From NCBI GenBank assembly GCA_030602965.1, contig JAUVYS010000001.1, forward strand, positions 1-62,838: a stretch of 62,838 bases of DNA, read 5' to 3'. Source of the stretch: Candidatus Bathyarchaeota archaeon (GTDB lineage Archaea; Thermoproteota; Bathyarchaeia; RBG-16-48-13; JAGMEO01). The notes below the pieces were generated by a model. That model made no database searches and was not told the origin of the DNA. It worked only from the letters and a program-made list of their open reading frames with translations. Below, piece by piece: positions 18,574-28,589 of this stretch. The stretch's first letter is position 1. Each line of letters opens with the position of its first letter. Both the position numbers and the translations under genes were made by a program.

Positions 18574-20901
18574 CTAAAGAAAGTAACGAACTCTTTTGTT
18601 AAGCCTTTTTCGTTTTGAAGCTGACCAAAGATCTAATGGCAAATATCTAGCTGATGATCGCCCATATGTTGTTATGGTCTCAACAGATTCACATTTAGGA
18701 CATTTAACAAGATGCGTAGTAAAAACTTTTTTACAATTATTACAATAACTGAGTTGTCTAGAATAAGTGAAAGCACCAACAGTTGTGGATTGACATATTT
18801 CTTTTGACATATTAAATAATTTTTCAGCATTCTGTTTCTGTTCATGAAGCTCAATGATAGCTAGATGGCCGCCCGTAAACAAGGCATGAAAATCGCCTTC
18901 AATTTGCAAGCGTTCTTTAAGAGGTATTTGAGTTTCTAGTGGAACTATTACAAGATCAGTGTAATAAGGAGCTGTTTTTGTTCCTTGCGCGTATATTGAA
19001 GCCCAGCCATATCTATCTTTATCCAGCTCTGCAAGTCTTTGAGAAGCTTCATCACTTGGTGTCTGCGCAAGAACTGCTCTCTGATTAGTATTTTTAGAAT
19101 GTATATTGATGATTTTTCTTGCATGCTCAACAATTTCTTTAGCAAATTTTAACGCATCTTGAGACCCATGAAGTTCAAGGCCTCTATGAAATTTAACTGC
19201 TTCATACAAACCAATAAGCCCTACAACCTGTAAAGAAGAAGCCACCCGAAAATATGCGTCCTTTAAAACAGAATGAGATAAAATAGGCAACAAAAACTGG
19301 TTCATACGTTCTTCAATAATTTTGTACTTTATTTTTAATGTCCTAAGTGCCATGCTAACATATTTATCAAATAATTCAAAAAACTTATCATCATTTCTGT
19401 CAGCTTCATAAGCTAATCTTGGCAAATTTACCAAAACCTTGTCTAAACTGCCCGTTCTTAGTGTATCTAAATTCCAATCTGTGGTCCAATCTGACGATAA
19501 TTTTGTCCCTGAAGTAAAATATGTAGAACTCACTTGTCCTTCAGAAATTAAATTTGAAAAGAATGGCGTTCCATGTTTTGCTACGAGTTCATGAACTTTA
19601 ATTAATAAAGACTCATTATCTTTTCCAAAATCTTCTGGTCTTAAATTGAATATTAAAAATGGATGAAAAACAGGCATATTATAATCGTTTTCAAACATCA
19701 CATCTAGAAGAGCCTTTAAAACTGTGTGCGCTTCATCTAAGAAATCACCATAATTGCCAATTTCCTTTCCTTTAACAGAAGCCTTAATCTTTTCAAGATG
19801 ACTAGGTATCGTTGCATCAACTGACAACGCTACTTCAGCAGGGTAAATGCCATAACCTGTGATTTGGTTTAAATTGTAAATGAACATACGAATAGCTTCT
19901 TTTATTTTATCGAAAGAAAGGCCGCTCACATAAGGAGCTAGAAAAGTATTGAAGTAACTTATCATCTGTTCTCCTGTTAATTCTCTAGCAGTAGCACTCA
20001 TTATTACATTAATAACAGAAAGTGCAGCATTGAATGTTTTCGGAGGATTTAAAAATAAAGAAAAAGGTCTTCTCTGATCTAATTTAAAGCCATGTTTCAA
20101 GAAAAATCTTAGATCGTGTTGAAACTCGCAGGGTTTTAGTATCCAACTACCCAAATTTTCTATATGAATAAATCCTGATAGATGGGCGTTTGCTATATCT
20201 TGAGGAAGCGTGTTAATTAGAACATATTCTCTTATTATGCTGTCGCTTGTTGAATTACGAATCGTTTCGACGTTTAAACCAGTTTTACCAGCCGTTTGTA
20301 TAAGTTGTGACACATCGTAGACAGGAAGCCCAAGTCTAGTTAACTTATCTCTGTACTCTTTTAAACCCTTCTCAATAAGAACAGCATTGACAAATTCTCT
20401 GATTAAAGGCGCAGTTAAATAAAGAGCTCCTAGATTGAGTAATCTCTCCTCTACTTCACTAACAATCTTTTGAGCTAGAATAGCTGGAATATTTGCTTCC
20501 TTAATCAGGGATTTGGCAATTTTATTTCGATCAAACTCTTCCAGTGTTAGCCGCGAAGTTCTTACAAGACGCTTTTCACGTTTTCTTAGCAGCCGTTCTT
20601 CAAGACTTCTGGAGAATTCAACTACATCTCCTCCCAAAAGAGTGAGCACGTATTTTTTATTCTTTTTATCTACTTTTACTAAACCAGATTGTCGAAGCCG
20701 ACGAAGATGATAAGCAAATTTTCCAGCATCACGATTTGGATGAAGTTTGATACTATTCATAATATCGCTGTAGCTTAAAGCCCCCTGTGTATAAAGCAAC
20801 TTCAATGTTTTAAGACGAAGCGGATCTGAAGAAGCATCCAAAATCCGTGAACTGAGTCTATTAGAACGAATGGACAAGATGATCCTTAGAATTTTAGTCA
20901 A
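18574..20901 (-). CDS. wHTH + ATP-cone + NrdD-like domain protein lacking the catalytic Cys pair and radical Gly
   Basis: N-terminus is ArsR-like (LKTLKLLYTQGALSYSDIM...FAYHLRRLRQSGLV), then an ATP-cone, then a body collinear with NrdD (LGSWILKPCEFQHDL vs LGVLGAYCVGWDL). SMCCHL is replaced by TYFTSG, and YSRVVGYL by YGRSSARYL. TTG start. Confidence 0.8.
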   Translation of the reverse strand: MTKILRIILSIRSNRLSSRILDASSDPLRLKTLKLLYTQGALSYSDIMNSIKLHPNRDAGKFAYHLRRLRQSGLVKVDKKNKKYVLTLLGGDVVEFSRSLEERLLRKREKRLVRTSRLTLEEFDRNKIAKSLIKEANIPAILAQKIVSEVEERLLNLGALYLTAPLIREFVNAVLIEKGLKEYRDKLTRLGLPVYDVSQLIQTAGKTGLNVETIRNSTSDSIIREYVLINTLPQDIANAHLSGFIHIENLGSWILKPCEFQHDLRFFLKHGFKLDQRRPFSLFLNPPKTFNAALSVINVIMSATARELTGEQMISYFNTFLAPYVSGLSFDKIKEAIRMFIYNLNQITGYGIYPAEVALSVDATIPSHLEKIKASVKGKEIGNYGDFLDEAHTVLKALLDVMFENDYNMPVFHPFLIFNLRPEDFGKDNESLLIKVHELVAKHGTPFFSNLISEGQVSSTYFTSGTKLSSDWTTDWNLDTLRTGSLDKVLVNLPRLAYEADRNDDKFFELFDKYVSMALRTLKIKYKIIEERMNQFLLPILSHSVLKDAYFRVASSLQVVGLIGLYEAVKFHRGLELHGSQDALKFAKEIVEHARKIINIHSKNTNQRAVLAQTPSDEASQRLAELDKDRYGWASIYAQGTKTAPYYTDLVIVPLETQIPLKERLQIEGDFHALFTGGHLAIIELHEQKQNAEKLFNMSKEICQSTTVGAFTYSRQLSYCNNCKKVFTTHLVKCPKCESVETITTYGRSSARYLPLDLWSASKRKRLNKRVRYFL

Positions 20902-21051
20902 ACCTTAGTGTTATAGTTTTTGATGAACAACATGGCTTGATAAGAAAAGATTTTAAAAGAAGTGTTTTTAGCCCACCGTTTTTTTCTTAATTCAAATCTC
21001 AAACTTTAACAAACTAAATTAAGAACAAAATACTTTTACAATAAATCTGAG

Positions 21052-21172
21052 GGGGCCGTCGGCTAGCTTGGTCTAGGCTTGGAGGCTCGGGAACTCAAGT
21101 CGAGATTCCTTCAGACCCCGGTTCAAAAACCTGTTTACCTCTTTAAACAGGCTGAAAATCCGGGCGGCCCCA
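21052..21172 (+). tRNA. tRNA-Pro (anticodon CGG) with two introns (anticodon loop and T-loop)
   Basis: Acceptor GGGGCCG/CGGCCCC, discriminator A. Anticodon arm GGAGG-CTCGGGA...CCTTC with about 15 extra nt. T-arm CCCGG-TTCAAA[about 31 nt with hairpin CCTGTTTA/TAAACAGG]T-CCGGG. No encoded CCA. The D-arm is slightly irregular. Confidence 0.7.
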
Positions 21173-21212
21173 TAACCACACCAACTTATCTATTTATGAA
21201 TCTGTCTCTAAT

Positions 21213-22109
21213 TTGGAGGGAAAAAGGTTCGAAAAAAGAACATTAATGTTAAAAAAACGTAAACGAAGTAATGGTCTAAAACCGCTTTTCCCTTACCCAG
21301 CTCTTCTTATCAAGGATAATGAAAAAAAAAGAACATTAATAGTTGCAGATTTACACATTGGATTTGAATATTCTCTAGCTCAAGAAGGTATATACCTACC
21401 ATCTCAAACATCAAAAATTACTGACAAGTTACTAAAAATTCTGAATGAATATGAGCTAGATGAGTTGATTATACTTGGTGACGTAAAACAGACTATTCCT
21501 AAAATAAGTTTAGGGGAGTGGCGGGATGTACCTGAGTTTTTTGATAAAATATCAACAGCAATTAAAAAAGTATCAATAATTTTAGGTAATCACGATGGAA
21601 ATTTAGAACCATTAATTCCTCCAACAATTAAAATTTTACCTTCAACCGGAATTATAATAGGAAAAAATATAAAGATTGGCCTTTTCCATGGACACGCATG
21701 GCCAAAACCAGAAGTGCTTGCTTCAGATATTTTAGTAATGGGACATATACATCCTATTGTAAAATTTTTTGATGGCTTTGGTTTTACCATTTTACGACAA
21801 GTATGGATGAAGGCGAAATGTAAAGGAGACATGCTCGCTAAGGCTTACTTGAAATATTCTAAAATTAAAGACGCGTATGAACCAAATAAGCAATTCTATA
21901 GAAAATTTGGTGTAAAAATGAAAGACCCAATTTTGATCACCATGCCAGCGTTTAATGAAGCTTTAGGAGGCATGACAGTTAATAAAAGGAAAAAGAAATG
22001 GCTGGGTCCAGTTCTTAGTAACTGTGAAGCGGACATTAATAATGCTGACCTCTATCTTTTAGATGGAACATACTTAAGTACTATCGCCTCTCTACCTACT
22101 CGTTTTTAA
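21213..22109 (+). CDS. Calcineurin-like metallophosphoesterase (MJ0037-like family)
   Basis: ADLHIG, LGDVKQ, GNHDG, GHAWP and GHIHP motif series. Confidence 0.8.
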   Translation: MEGKRFEKRTLMLKKRKRSNGLKPLFPYPALLIKDNEKKRTLIVADLHIGFEYSLAQEGIYLPSQTSKITDKLLKILNEYELDELIILGDVKQTIPKISLGEWRDVPEFFDKISTAIKKVSIILGNHDGNLEPLIPPTIKILPSTGIIIGKNIKIGLFHGHAWPKPEVLASDILVMGHIHPIVKFFDGFGFTILRQVWMKAKCKGDMLAKAYLKYSKIKDAYEPNKQFYRKFGVKMKDPILITMPAFNEALGGMTVNKRKKKWLGPVLSNCEADINNADLYLLDGTYLSTIASLPTRF

Positions 22110-22165
22110 ATTTGAATTTGAAGAAGCCTATCGTAGAGTAATAATGAAATTTATTGTGAAACAGA

Positions 22166-22816
22166 TTGGAAAATAACTATTCAGAGCAGGAGTTACTTCA
22201 TAAATTAATTGAAGAAATATGTATTAAAAGAGACTATAGACCAGCCTATTCAGAAACATTGTCTCGAGCATTAAGAAAACGGTTTAAAAGAGCTTATGAT
22301 GCTGTAAAGAAAGGACTAGTAAAAAAGTATGTTTTTACACCAAGCGGAAAAATAATATGGATAGTTACAGGTAAAGAACAAGACTATCAAATCATTCCTC
22401 TTGCTGATTTTTGTACTTGTGATGATTTTTACTTTCGTGTCATTAACCACGAGGTAGCTTTATGTTATCATGTAATAGCCCAAAAAATTGCTGATTCCTT
22501 GGTTGAATACAAAAAAATTGAAAAATCAGATGAATTTTATGAGCGCCAAATGATGAAATGGCGAAAAGTTAAGAAGAAGAAACGCTGCCTCCCAACAGCA
22601 GAGATAAAAAATATTAGAGAAACTGTAGAAACAATTTTATCAAAAAATGAAGACTTAACTATTCATCAACTTCTAAAAGATCTTAAAAATATTGGATTTG
22701 ATGTCTTAACCACCCACCATTTAGCATCTATTTTGTCAACAGATAGGACAAAAAGATTTGTATGCAAAGATGGAAAATGGAGATTAGCCAATAAAATCGT
22801 TTTAGTTTTTATTTAA
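22166..22816 (+). CDS. SWIM zinc-finger domain protein
   Basis: CTCDDFYFRVINHEVALCYH fits CxCx(n)CxH. Confidence 0.6.
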   Translation: MENNYSEQELLHKLIEEICIKRDYRPAYSETLSRALRKRFKRAYDAVKKGLVKKYVFTPSGKIIWIVTGKEQDYQIIPLADFCTCDDFYFRVINHEVALCYHVIAQKIADSLVEYKKIEKSDEFYERQMMKWRKVKKKKRCLPTAEIKNIRETVETILSKNEDLTIHQLLKDLKNIGFDVLTTHHLASILSTDRTKRFVCKDGKWRLANKIVLVFI

Positions 22817-22839
22817 TGAATAATTATAATTGGTTTTTA

Positions 22840-23235
22840 TTAGCTTTTAAAGAGACGGATTAGTGTGTTGGTGTCTATCACTCCTTTACTTTTACGGATT
22901 TCATCAATTTTGTAATTGAGTTCATCCATATCATCTACTTCAACTAGAGCTGCTATATCATATTCTCCTGAAACTTCAAATATTTTATTAAAAATAGTCG
23001 TTAATTGTCGTGTGATACTTTTTGTCTTTAACGGATCGGTCTTTATCAGCACTATTGCATCTATAGTTATTCCCAAATCTACGGTGAATCTTTTAATAAT
23101 ATCTCGACTTATCATCTTATTCACTCGTTGTCTAACAGCGCCTTCTGTCAAATTTACTTCTTTAGCAATTCTTACATATTTTTCACGAGCGTTTTTCTTC
23201 AGGATTTCTATAATTTTTTTGTTGATTTTGTCCAT
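22840..23235 (-). CDS. Lrp/AsnC-family transcriptional regulator
   Basis: N-terminal HTH (DKINKKIIEILKKNAREKYVRIAKEVNLTEGAVRQRVNKM) plus a small ligand-binding domain. Divergent from dapA. Confidence 0.85.
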   Translation of the reverse strand: MDKINKKIIEILKKNAREKYVRIAKEVNLTEGAVRQRVNKMISRDIIKRFTVDLGITIDAIVLIKTDPLKTKSITRQLTTIFNKIFEVSGEYDIAALVEVDDMDELNYKIDEIRKSKGVIDTNTLIRLFKS

Positions 23236-23355
23236 ATCGCTTTTTTAGAACCCGTCAATATATTAATATTACGAAAAACGTAGAAGAAAATACTAAAATC
23301 TTATATAGTGCCTGTTTAAAGAAAGTTTTCGTTCATAATTAAAGGAGCGGAAAAA

Positions 23356-24387
23356 TTGTTCACGGGTTGCTTTACTGCCAGCATAACTCCAATGAAGAAT
23401 AATAAAAACGTTGATTATGAGGGGGTTCAACAGCTGACTGAGTTCCAAGCCGAAAATGGTGTAAGCGGCATATTAGCTTGTGGAACAACGGGGGAAAGCC
23501 CCACCCTACCATGGAAAGAGCATGACCTTGTCACACAAAGAATCTATGAATATTTAGGTGACAAGGGAGTAACGATAGCAGGAACTGGCAGCAACTCTAC
23601 AAAAGAGATGGTATACGCCACTAAAAGAGTGTGTGATCTTGGTATTAAGACAGTATTACTTGTAGACCCATATTACAACGGTCCAAGCTCTTTAGAAATT
23701 AGGAAGGAATACATAGCGCCTGTAGCAAAAAGATTCCCTGAAATTCAAATCGTTCCTTATATTATTCCAGGTAGAACCGGAACACAGCTTCTTCCACAAG
23801 ATGTAGCAATACTACATGCTCAATTTGAAAATGTACGCGCTGTTAAAGAAGCAACGGGCAACTTTGAAAATATGAAGTTAACTAGAAAATTCTGCGGAAC
23901 CGATCTTGACATTCTATCTGGAGATGATGACAAAACTTATGAAATGATGGTTTCTCCTGATATTTTAGCCAATGGCTCAATCTCAGTAACCTCAAATATT
24001 TTTCCTCATGCAGTACAAAAAATGACACAATACATCAACGATAAAAGAGAAAGCAAAGCTAAGGAAGTTTACAAAACAATCAAACCTATGTTTGAACTAG
24101 TTACAGTAAAGACCTACGAAGAAACTCCTTATGGTCCAACACTTTGTAAAGCCAGAAACCCTCTTGCATATAAAACATTAATGAATATTCTTGGAATGGC
24201 TTCAGGACCTTGTAGACAGCCTCTAGGTAAGATGACAAAAAAGGGCATAAAAATCGTCTTAGAGAAAACTCGGACTGTGTACAATAAGAATCCGGAATTA
24301 TTTGACCCTGTTAAGAATTTCTTTGATGTTAATGTGAGTGAAAGATTATATAATAAAAAATATTGGGAGCGTTTGATCTATGATTAA
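23356..24387 (+). CDS. dapA: 4-hydroxy-tetrahydrodipicolinate synthase
   Basis: ITPM...VDYEG, GTTGES motif. TTG start 8 nt after GGAGCGG. C-terminal extension relative to typical DapA. Confidence 0.9.
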   Translation: MFTGCFTASITPMKNNKNVDYEGVQQLTEFQAENGVSGILACGTTGESPTLPWKEHDLVTQRIYEYLGDKGVTIAGTGSNSTKEMVYATKRVCDLGIKTVLLVDPYYNGPSSLEIRKEYIAPVAKRFPEIQIVPYIIPGRTGTQLLPQDVAILHAQFENVRAVKEATGNFENMKLTRKFCGTDLDILSGDDDKTYEMMVSPDILANGSISVTSNIFPHAVQKMTQYINDKRESKAKEVYKTIKPMFELVTVKTYEETPYGPTLCKARNPLAYKTLMNILGMASGPCRQPLGKMTKKGIKIVLEKTRTVYNKNPELFDPVKNFFDVNVSERLYNKKYWERLIYD

Positions 24388-25168
24388 GCTTTGTATAGCT
24401 GGCGCAACAGGTAGAATGGGTAGTACACTGATAAAAGATGCTTATTTAAAAGGTCACAAAATCGTTGGCGCTGTCGCTGCATCAACAGACCCAAAAATAG
24501 GAAAAACATTAAGAGAAATAGGATTATGCAATTCAAGTGTAAAAATAATTCCCCCTACAAATCTGATAGCTGCTGCAAAAAACGCTGATGTTTACATGTC
24601 ATTTACAACGCCCAAAGCCGAAGTATATAATATTCCGCAGATAGCAAAAATGGGAAAAAGAATCATTATGGGAACAACCGGTCTTACAAAAACTCAGAAG
24701 AAGAAAATATGTGCAGCTGTTACAGGCAAAGTTCCAGCAGTTTTTGCACCAAATTTTGCACTAGGTGTGAATCTCTTATTCAAGATAATTAGCATATGCA
24801 ACGATTTACCAACCGATTATCACTTCAGCATTGTTGAAGCACATCACATTGGTAAAAAAGATGCGCCCAGTGGCACAGCTAAAGAGTTGATTAGAAGAAT
24901 ATCAAAAATGAGAGGGTATAACAAAATCGTTTACGGACGAGAAGGATTCTCGCCAAGAACACCTAATGAAGTTGAAGTGTATTCAATTAGAGGCGGCGGG
25001 GTACCAGGAATTCATGAAGTTATAATCACTGGCCCATGTGAGATTATTAAAATTGAACATTCTACTTTTTCACGAAGCGTTTTTGCTCAAGGTGCCTTAT
25101 TTGCGGCAGAGTGGTTGATGCGCCAACAAGACCCAAAAATATACACTATGGATGATGTTCTTATTTAA
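24380..25168 (+). CDS. dapB: 4-hydroxy-tetrahydrodipicolinate reductase
   Basis: GATGRMG Rossmann start and EAHHIGKKDAPSGTA motif. Confidence 0.9.
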   Translation: MIKLCIAGATGRMGSTLIKDAYLKGHKIVGAVAASTDPKIGKTLREIGLCNSSVKIIPPTNLIAAAKNADVYMSFTTPKAEVYNIPQIAKMGKRIIMGTTGLTKTQKKKICAAVTGKVPAVFAPNFALGVNLLFKIISICNDLPTDYHFSIVEAHHIGKKDAPSGTAKELIRRISKMRGYNKIVYGREGFSPRTPNEVEVYSIRGGGVPGIHEVIITGPCEIIKIEHSTFSRSVFAQGALFAAEWLMRQQDPKIYTMDDVLI

Positions 25169-25169
25169 A

Positions 25170-26465
25170 ATGATGAACGGGAAGTTGGATATGACTCAAC
25201 TCATTAAAAAAACAAATCAATACCTAAGATTTGCTGGATTTTCAATCTCAAAACTGGCTGAAAAATATGATACCCCATTATATGTGATTAGTGAACAGAA
25301 AATAATTGATAATTATAATAGAATGTATGAAGCTCTAACTAAAGAGTATGATAAGATTAGAATTTATTATTCCGCGAAAGCTAACACAAACCTTTCAGTA
25401 CTTAAAACCTTGGAGAGAGAAGGAGCATATCTTGATGCTGTAAGTCCAGGAGAAGTTTTTCTAGCTAAAAAAGCAGGATTTTTATCAAATAGAATTTTAT
25501 TTACCGGTACAAGCGTTAGAAACGATGAATTACAATATCTTTTGGAGTCTAATGTTACCATTAACATTGATTCATTATCCCAATTAAATTGGCTTCTCAA
25601 GATAACTGTCCCTAATCAATTATCCTTCAGAATTAATCCTGAATTAGGAGCTGGCCACCATGAATCTTGCATAACTGCTGGTAAAGAAGCAAAATTTGGT
25701 CTGTGGGAAGATGAAGTAGTGAAGGGTTACCAAAAAGCAAAGAACACTGGAGTAAAAAACTTTGGTATGCACATGCACATAGGATCTGGGATAATGTCTG
25801 TTGAGCCATATCTTATCGCAATTCAAAGATTACTAAAATTAGCAAAAAAAGTCCAAGAGAAAACTAAGATAAAATTTCAATTCATCAATATTGGAGGAGG
25901 TATGGGAATCCCGTATAAGCCCGGTGAAGCACCATTTGACACAGAACGTTTTGCGCATGAAGTTTGTAGTCTCTTTAAACGCAAGATAAAAGAGTACCAA
26001 TTAAATACTCCTGTTCTTTGCGTTGAACCCGGGAGATATATTGTTGGTGAAGCATGTGTGCTCATAACCAGAGTAAATACAATTAAACAAACACCATACA
26101 AGATGTTTATAGGTGTAGACGCAGGATTTAACACACTTATTCGACCTGTAATGTATGATGCTTATCATCATATTCTTGTATCAACTACTAATACTTCTAA
26201 AGAAAGAGTGTATGATGTAGCTGGACCTATTTGTGAATCTGGAGATTTATTAGCAAAAAACAGAAAGCTCCCTCATGTAAAAGAAGGTGACCTACTGGTT
26301 GTATTGAATACTGGTGCCTATGGATACTCAATGAGCTCTCAATATAATTCTAGACCAAGAGCTGCAGAAGTTCTTGTTAAAGAACACGACCATGTGTTGG
26401 TTAGGAAACGAGAAACCTTTAAGGATTTGATAAGGGGCCAGAGGATTGCGAAATGGTTGAAATAA
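25170..26465 (+). CDS. lysA: Diaminopimelate decarboxylase
   Basis: YSAKAN (PLP lysine region), GGGMGIPY, EPGRYIVG and CESGD motifs. The track ORF starts at 25152 inside dapB; ATG 25170 is preferred. Confidence 0.9.
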   Translation: MMNGKLDMTQLIKKTNQYLRFAGFSISKLAEKYDTPLYVISEQKIIDNYNRMYEALTKEYDKIRIYYSAKANTNLSVLKTLEREGAYLDAVSPGEVFLAKKAGFLSNRILFTGTSVRNDELQYLLESNVTINIDSLSQLNWLLKITVPNQLSFRINPELGAGHHESCITAGKEAKFGLWEDEVVKGYQKAKNTGVKNFGMHMHIGSGIMSVEPYLIAIQRLLKLAKKVQEKTKIKFQFINIGGGMGIPYKPGEAPFDTERFAHEVCSLFKRKIKEYQLNTPVLCVEPGRYIVGEACVLITRVNTIKQTPYKMFIGVDAGFNTLIRPVMYDAYHHILVSTTNTSKERVYDVAGPICESGDLLAKNRKLPHVKEGDLLVVLNTGAYGYSMSSQYNSRPRAAEVLVKEHDHVLVRKRETFKDLIRGQRIAKWLK

Positions 26466-27289
26466 CTTTTTGGAAGATGCACGGTCTTGGTAATGATTAT
26501 ATAGTAATAGATAATCGCGACGGCTTGTTACAAGAAAACGAATTCAGTAAAATAGCAAAAAAAATGTGCCTAAGAAGGTACTCAATTGGTGCTGATGGGC
26601 TTCTATTAATTTTAGATTCAAATTCAGCAGACACTAAAATGCGAATCTTCAACGCTGATGGCAGTGAAGCGGAAATGTGTGGAAATGGAATTAGATGCTT
26701 CGTTAAATATTGTTATGAAAATGAATTACTAAATACGAAAATAATAAGAGTTGAGACTATTGCAGGTGTCAAAGAAGCGATCTTAGATGTTAAAAATGAT
26801 GTGGTCAAAAGTGTTAAAGTAAATTTAGGCAAGCCAAGTCTTTTAAGACATGATATACCTATGCGTGGAGTAGATAAATGCATAAATGAAGAAATAACCG
26901 CTGGACCACAAAAGTATAAAATTACTTGCCTATCAATAGGAAACCCTCATTGTGTTCTATTTGTAAACGATGTTAATGTATTCCCAGTTCTAGATGTTGG
27001 ACCAAAGATAGAGAACCATCATCTTTTTTTTAATAGAACAAACGTTGAGTTTGTACAAATTTTGAATAGAAATGAAATTAAAGCACGAGTGTGGGAAAGG
27101 GGTTGTGGTGAGACTTTAGCATGCGGAACTGGAGCTTGTGCTAGCGCAGTAGCTGGTAATATATTAGGATTATTAGAGAAGAAATGTGTTGTTCATCTAT
27201 TAGGTGGAGATTTAAACATAGAATATAATGTGTCCGTTATGATGGAAGGCCCTGCTGAGAAAGTTTATGAAGGAACCATAATATTCTAA
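26453..27289 (+). CDS. dapF: Diaminopimelate epimerase
   Basis: HGLGNDY, MCGNGIRC and ACGTGACA catalytic-cysteine motifs. Confidence 0.9.
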   Translation: MVEITFWKMHGLGNDYIVIDNRDGLLQENEFSKIAKKMCLRRYSIGADGLLLILDSNSADTKMRIFNADGSEAEMCGNGIRCFVKYCYENELLNTKIIRVETIAGVKEAILDVKNDVVKSVKVNLGKPSLLRHDIPMRGVDKCINEEITAGPQKYKITCLSIGNPHCVLFVNDVNVFPVLDVGPKIENHHLFFNRTNVEFVQILNRNEIKARVWERGCGETLACGTGACASAVAGNILGLLEKKCVVHLLGGDLNIEYNVSVMMEGPAEKVYEGTIIF

Positions 27290-27300
27290 AGTGAAAGTGG

Positions 27301-28473
27301 ATGACTGAAATCAAACTTGACTTTTCAAAAAGAGTGAAAAAATTACCAACATATGTTTTTGCTGAATTAGAAAAAATCATACTTGAAAAAAAGAAGCAAG
27401 GAATAAAAATTATTTCTTTAAGTATCGGTGATCCTGATCTACCACCACCAAAAATTGTTCTAGATGCTTTCAGGGAGGAAGTTGTTGATTCTGAGAATCA
27501 TAAATATTCTTTTAGTCAAGGAGAACCGGAATTTAGACAGGCTATAGCGACTTGGTACAAACGCCGATTCAATGTTAAACTTAACCCACAAGACGAAGTT
27601 ATTGGACTGATAGGATCAAAAGAAGGTTTAGCTAACATCACGAGAGCCTTTGCTAATCCAGGGGATAAGATCCTTGTTCCAGATCCAGCATATCCAGTAT
27701 ATGCAAATGGAAGTAGTGTTCTATGTGATTGTAATCCCATTCGTATACCACTCAAAGAAGAAAATGATTTTAAACCAGATTTTGAGGCAATTGAAAGCTT
27801 AAAAGCGAAAATGATGTTTTTGAATTATCCGAATAACCCAACTGGAGCAGTCGCCGATCTCTCCTTTTTAAAAGAAGCTGTTGAGTATGCAAAAGATAAT
27901 AATTTAATTTTCTGTTACGATAATGCTTACTCCGAAATCACATTCAATGGATATAACGCTCCCAGTATTCTTCAAATTGATGAAGCATTTGAAATTGCTA
28001 TCGAATTCCATTCTTGCTCTAAGACTTTCAATATGACAGGTGATCGCGTGGGCTTCGCTGTTGGAAATAAAAAACTTATCGAAGGATTAACCAAAGTTAA
28101 AACACAAATTGACTCAGGACCTCCAGTATATGTACAGAAAGTCGCCACAAGAGCACTTATGACATACAAGGATAGTAAAAAACCAAAATTTTTACAAAAA
28201 AATTTAAAAATTTATGAAGAAAGGCAAAATGCCTTAGTTCAAGGTCTAAAAGCTGCAGGTTTGGATTGTAAAAAACCGAAAGCTACTTTCTACATTTGGT
28301 TAAAATGTTATGAAAAATCTATTAATTTCACAAAAAAACTACTTGACATAGGAGTTGCAGTAACCCCTGGAGCAGCGTTAGGTAAATATGGAGAAGGCTT
28401 TATCAGAATTGCTTTAACTAGACCAAAAGCTGAGATTGAAGAAGCTTGTAGAAGAATAGCAAAAATAAATTAA
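27301..28473 (+). CDS. dapL: LL-diaminopimelate aminotransferase (class I/II aminotransferase)
   Basis: Fold-type I aminotransferase with SCSKTFNMTGDR (PLP lysine). The DapL call rests on operon context and the absence of dapD/dapE here. Confidence 0.7.
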   Translation: MTEIKLDFSKRVKKLPTYVFAELEKIILEKKKQGIKIISLSIGDPDLPPPKIVLDAFREEVVDSENHKYSFSQGEPEFRQAIATWYKRRFNVKLNPQDEVIGLIGSKEGLANITRAFANPGDKILVPDPAYPVYANGSSVLCDCNPIRIPLKEENDFKPDFEAIESLKAKMMFLNYPNNPTGAVADLSFLKEAVEYAKDNNLIFCYDNAYSEITFNGYNAPSILQIDEAFEIAIEFHSCSKTFNMTGDRVGFAVGNKKLIEGLTKVKTQIDSGPPVYVQKVATRALMTYKDSKKPKFLQKNLKIYEERQNALVQGLKAAGLDCKKPKATFYIWLKCYEKSINFTKKLLDIGVAVTPGAALGKYGEGFIRIALTRPKAEIEEACRRIAKIN

Positions 28474-28589
28474 TACTTTAAAACTGTTACAACTAACATG
28501 TAATTTTCTTACAAAAACATATTTAATATTATATTTCTATTTTATAGGAAGACTGCAAACTGAAACAAAACGGAAAACTTGTTATCAAT

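Noticed and set aside
20915-20960. TTGATGA motif upstream of the wHTH-NrdD-like gene as a C/D-box candidate.
   Set aside because: No downstream CTGA D box within the required distance.
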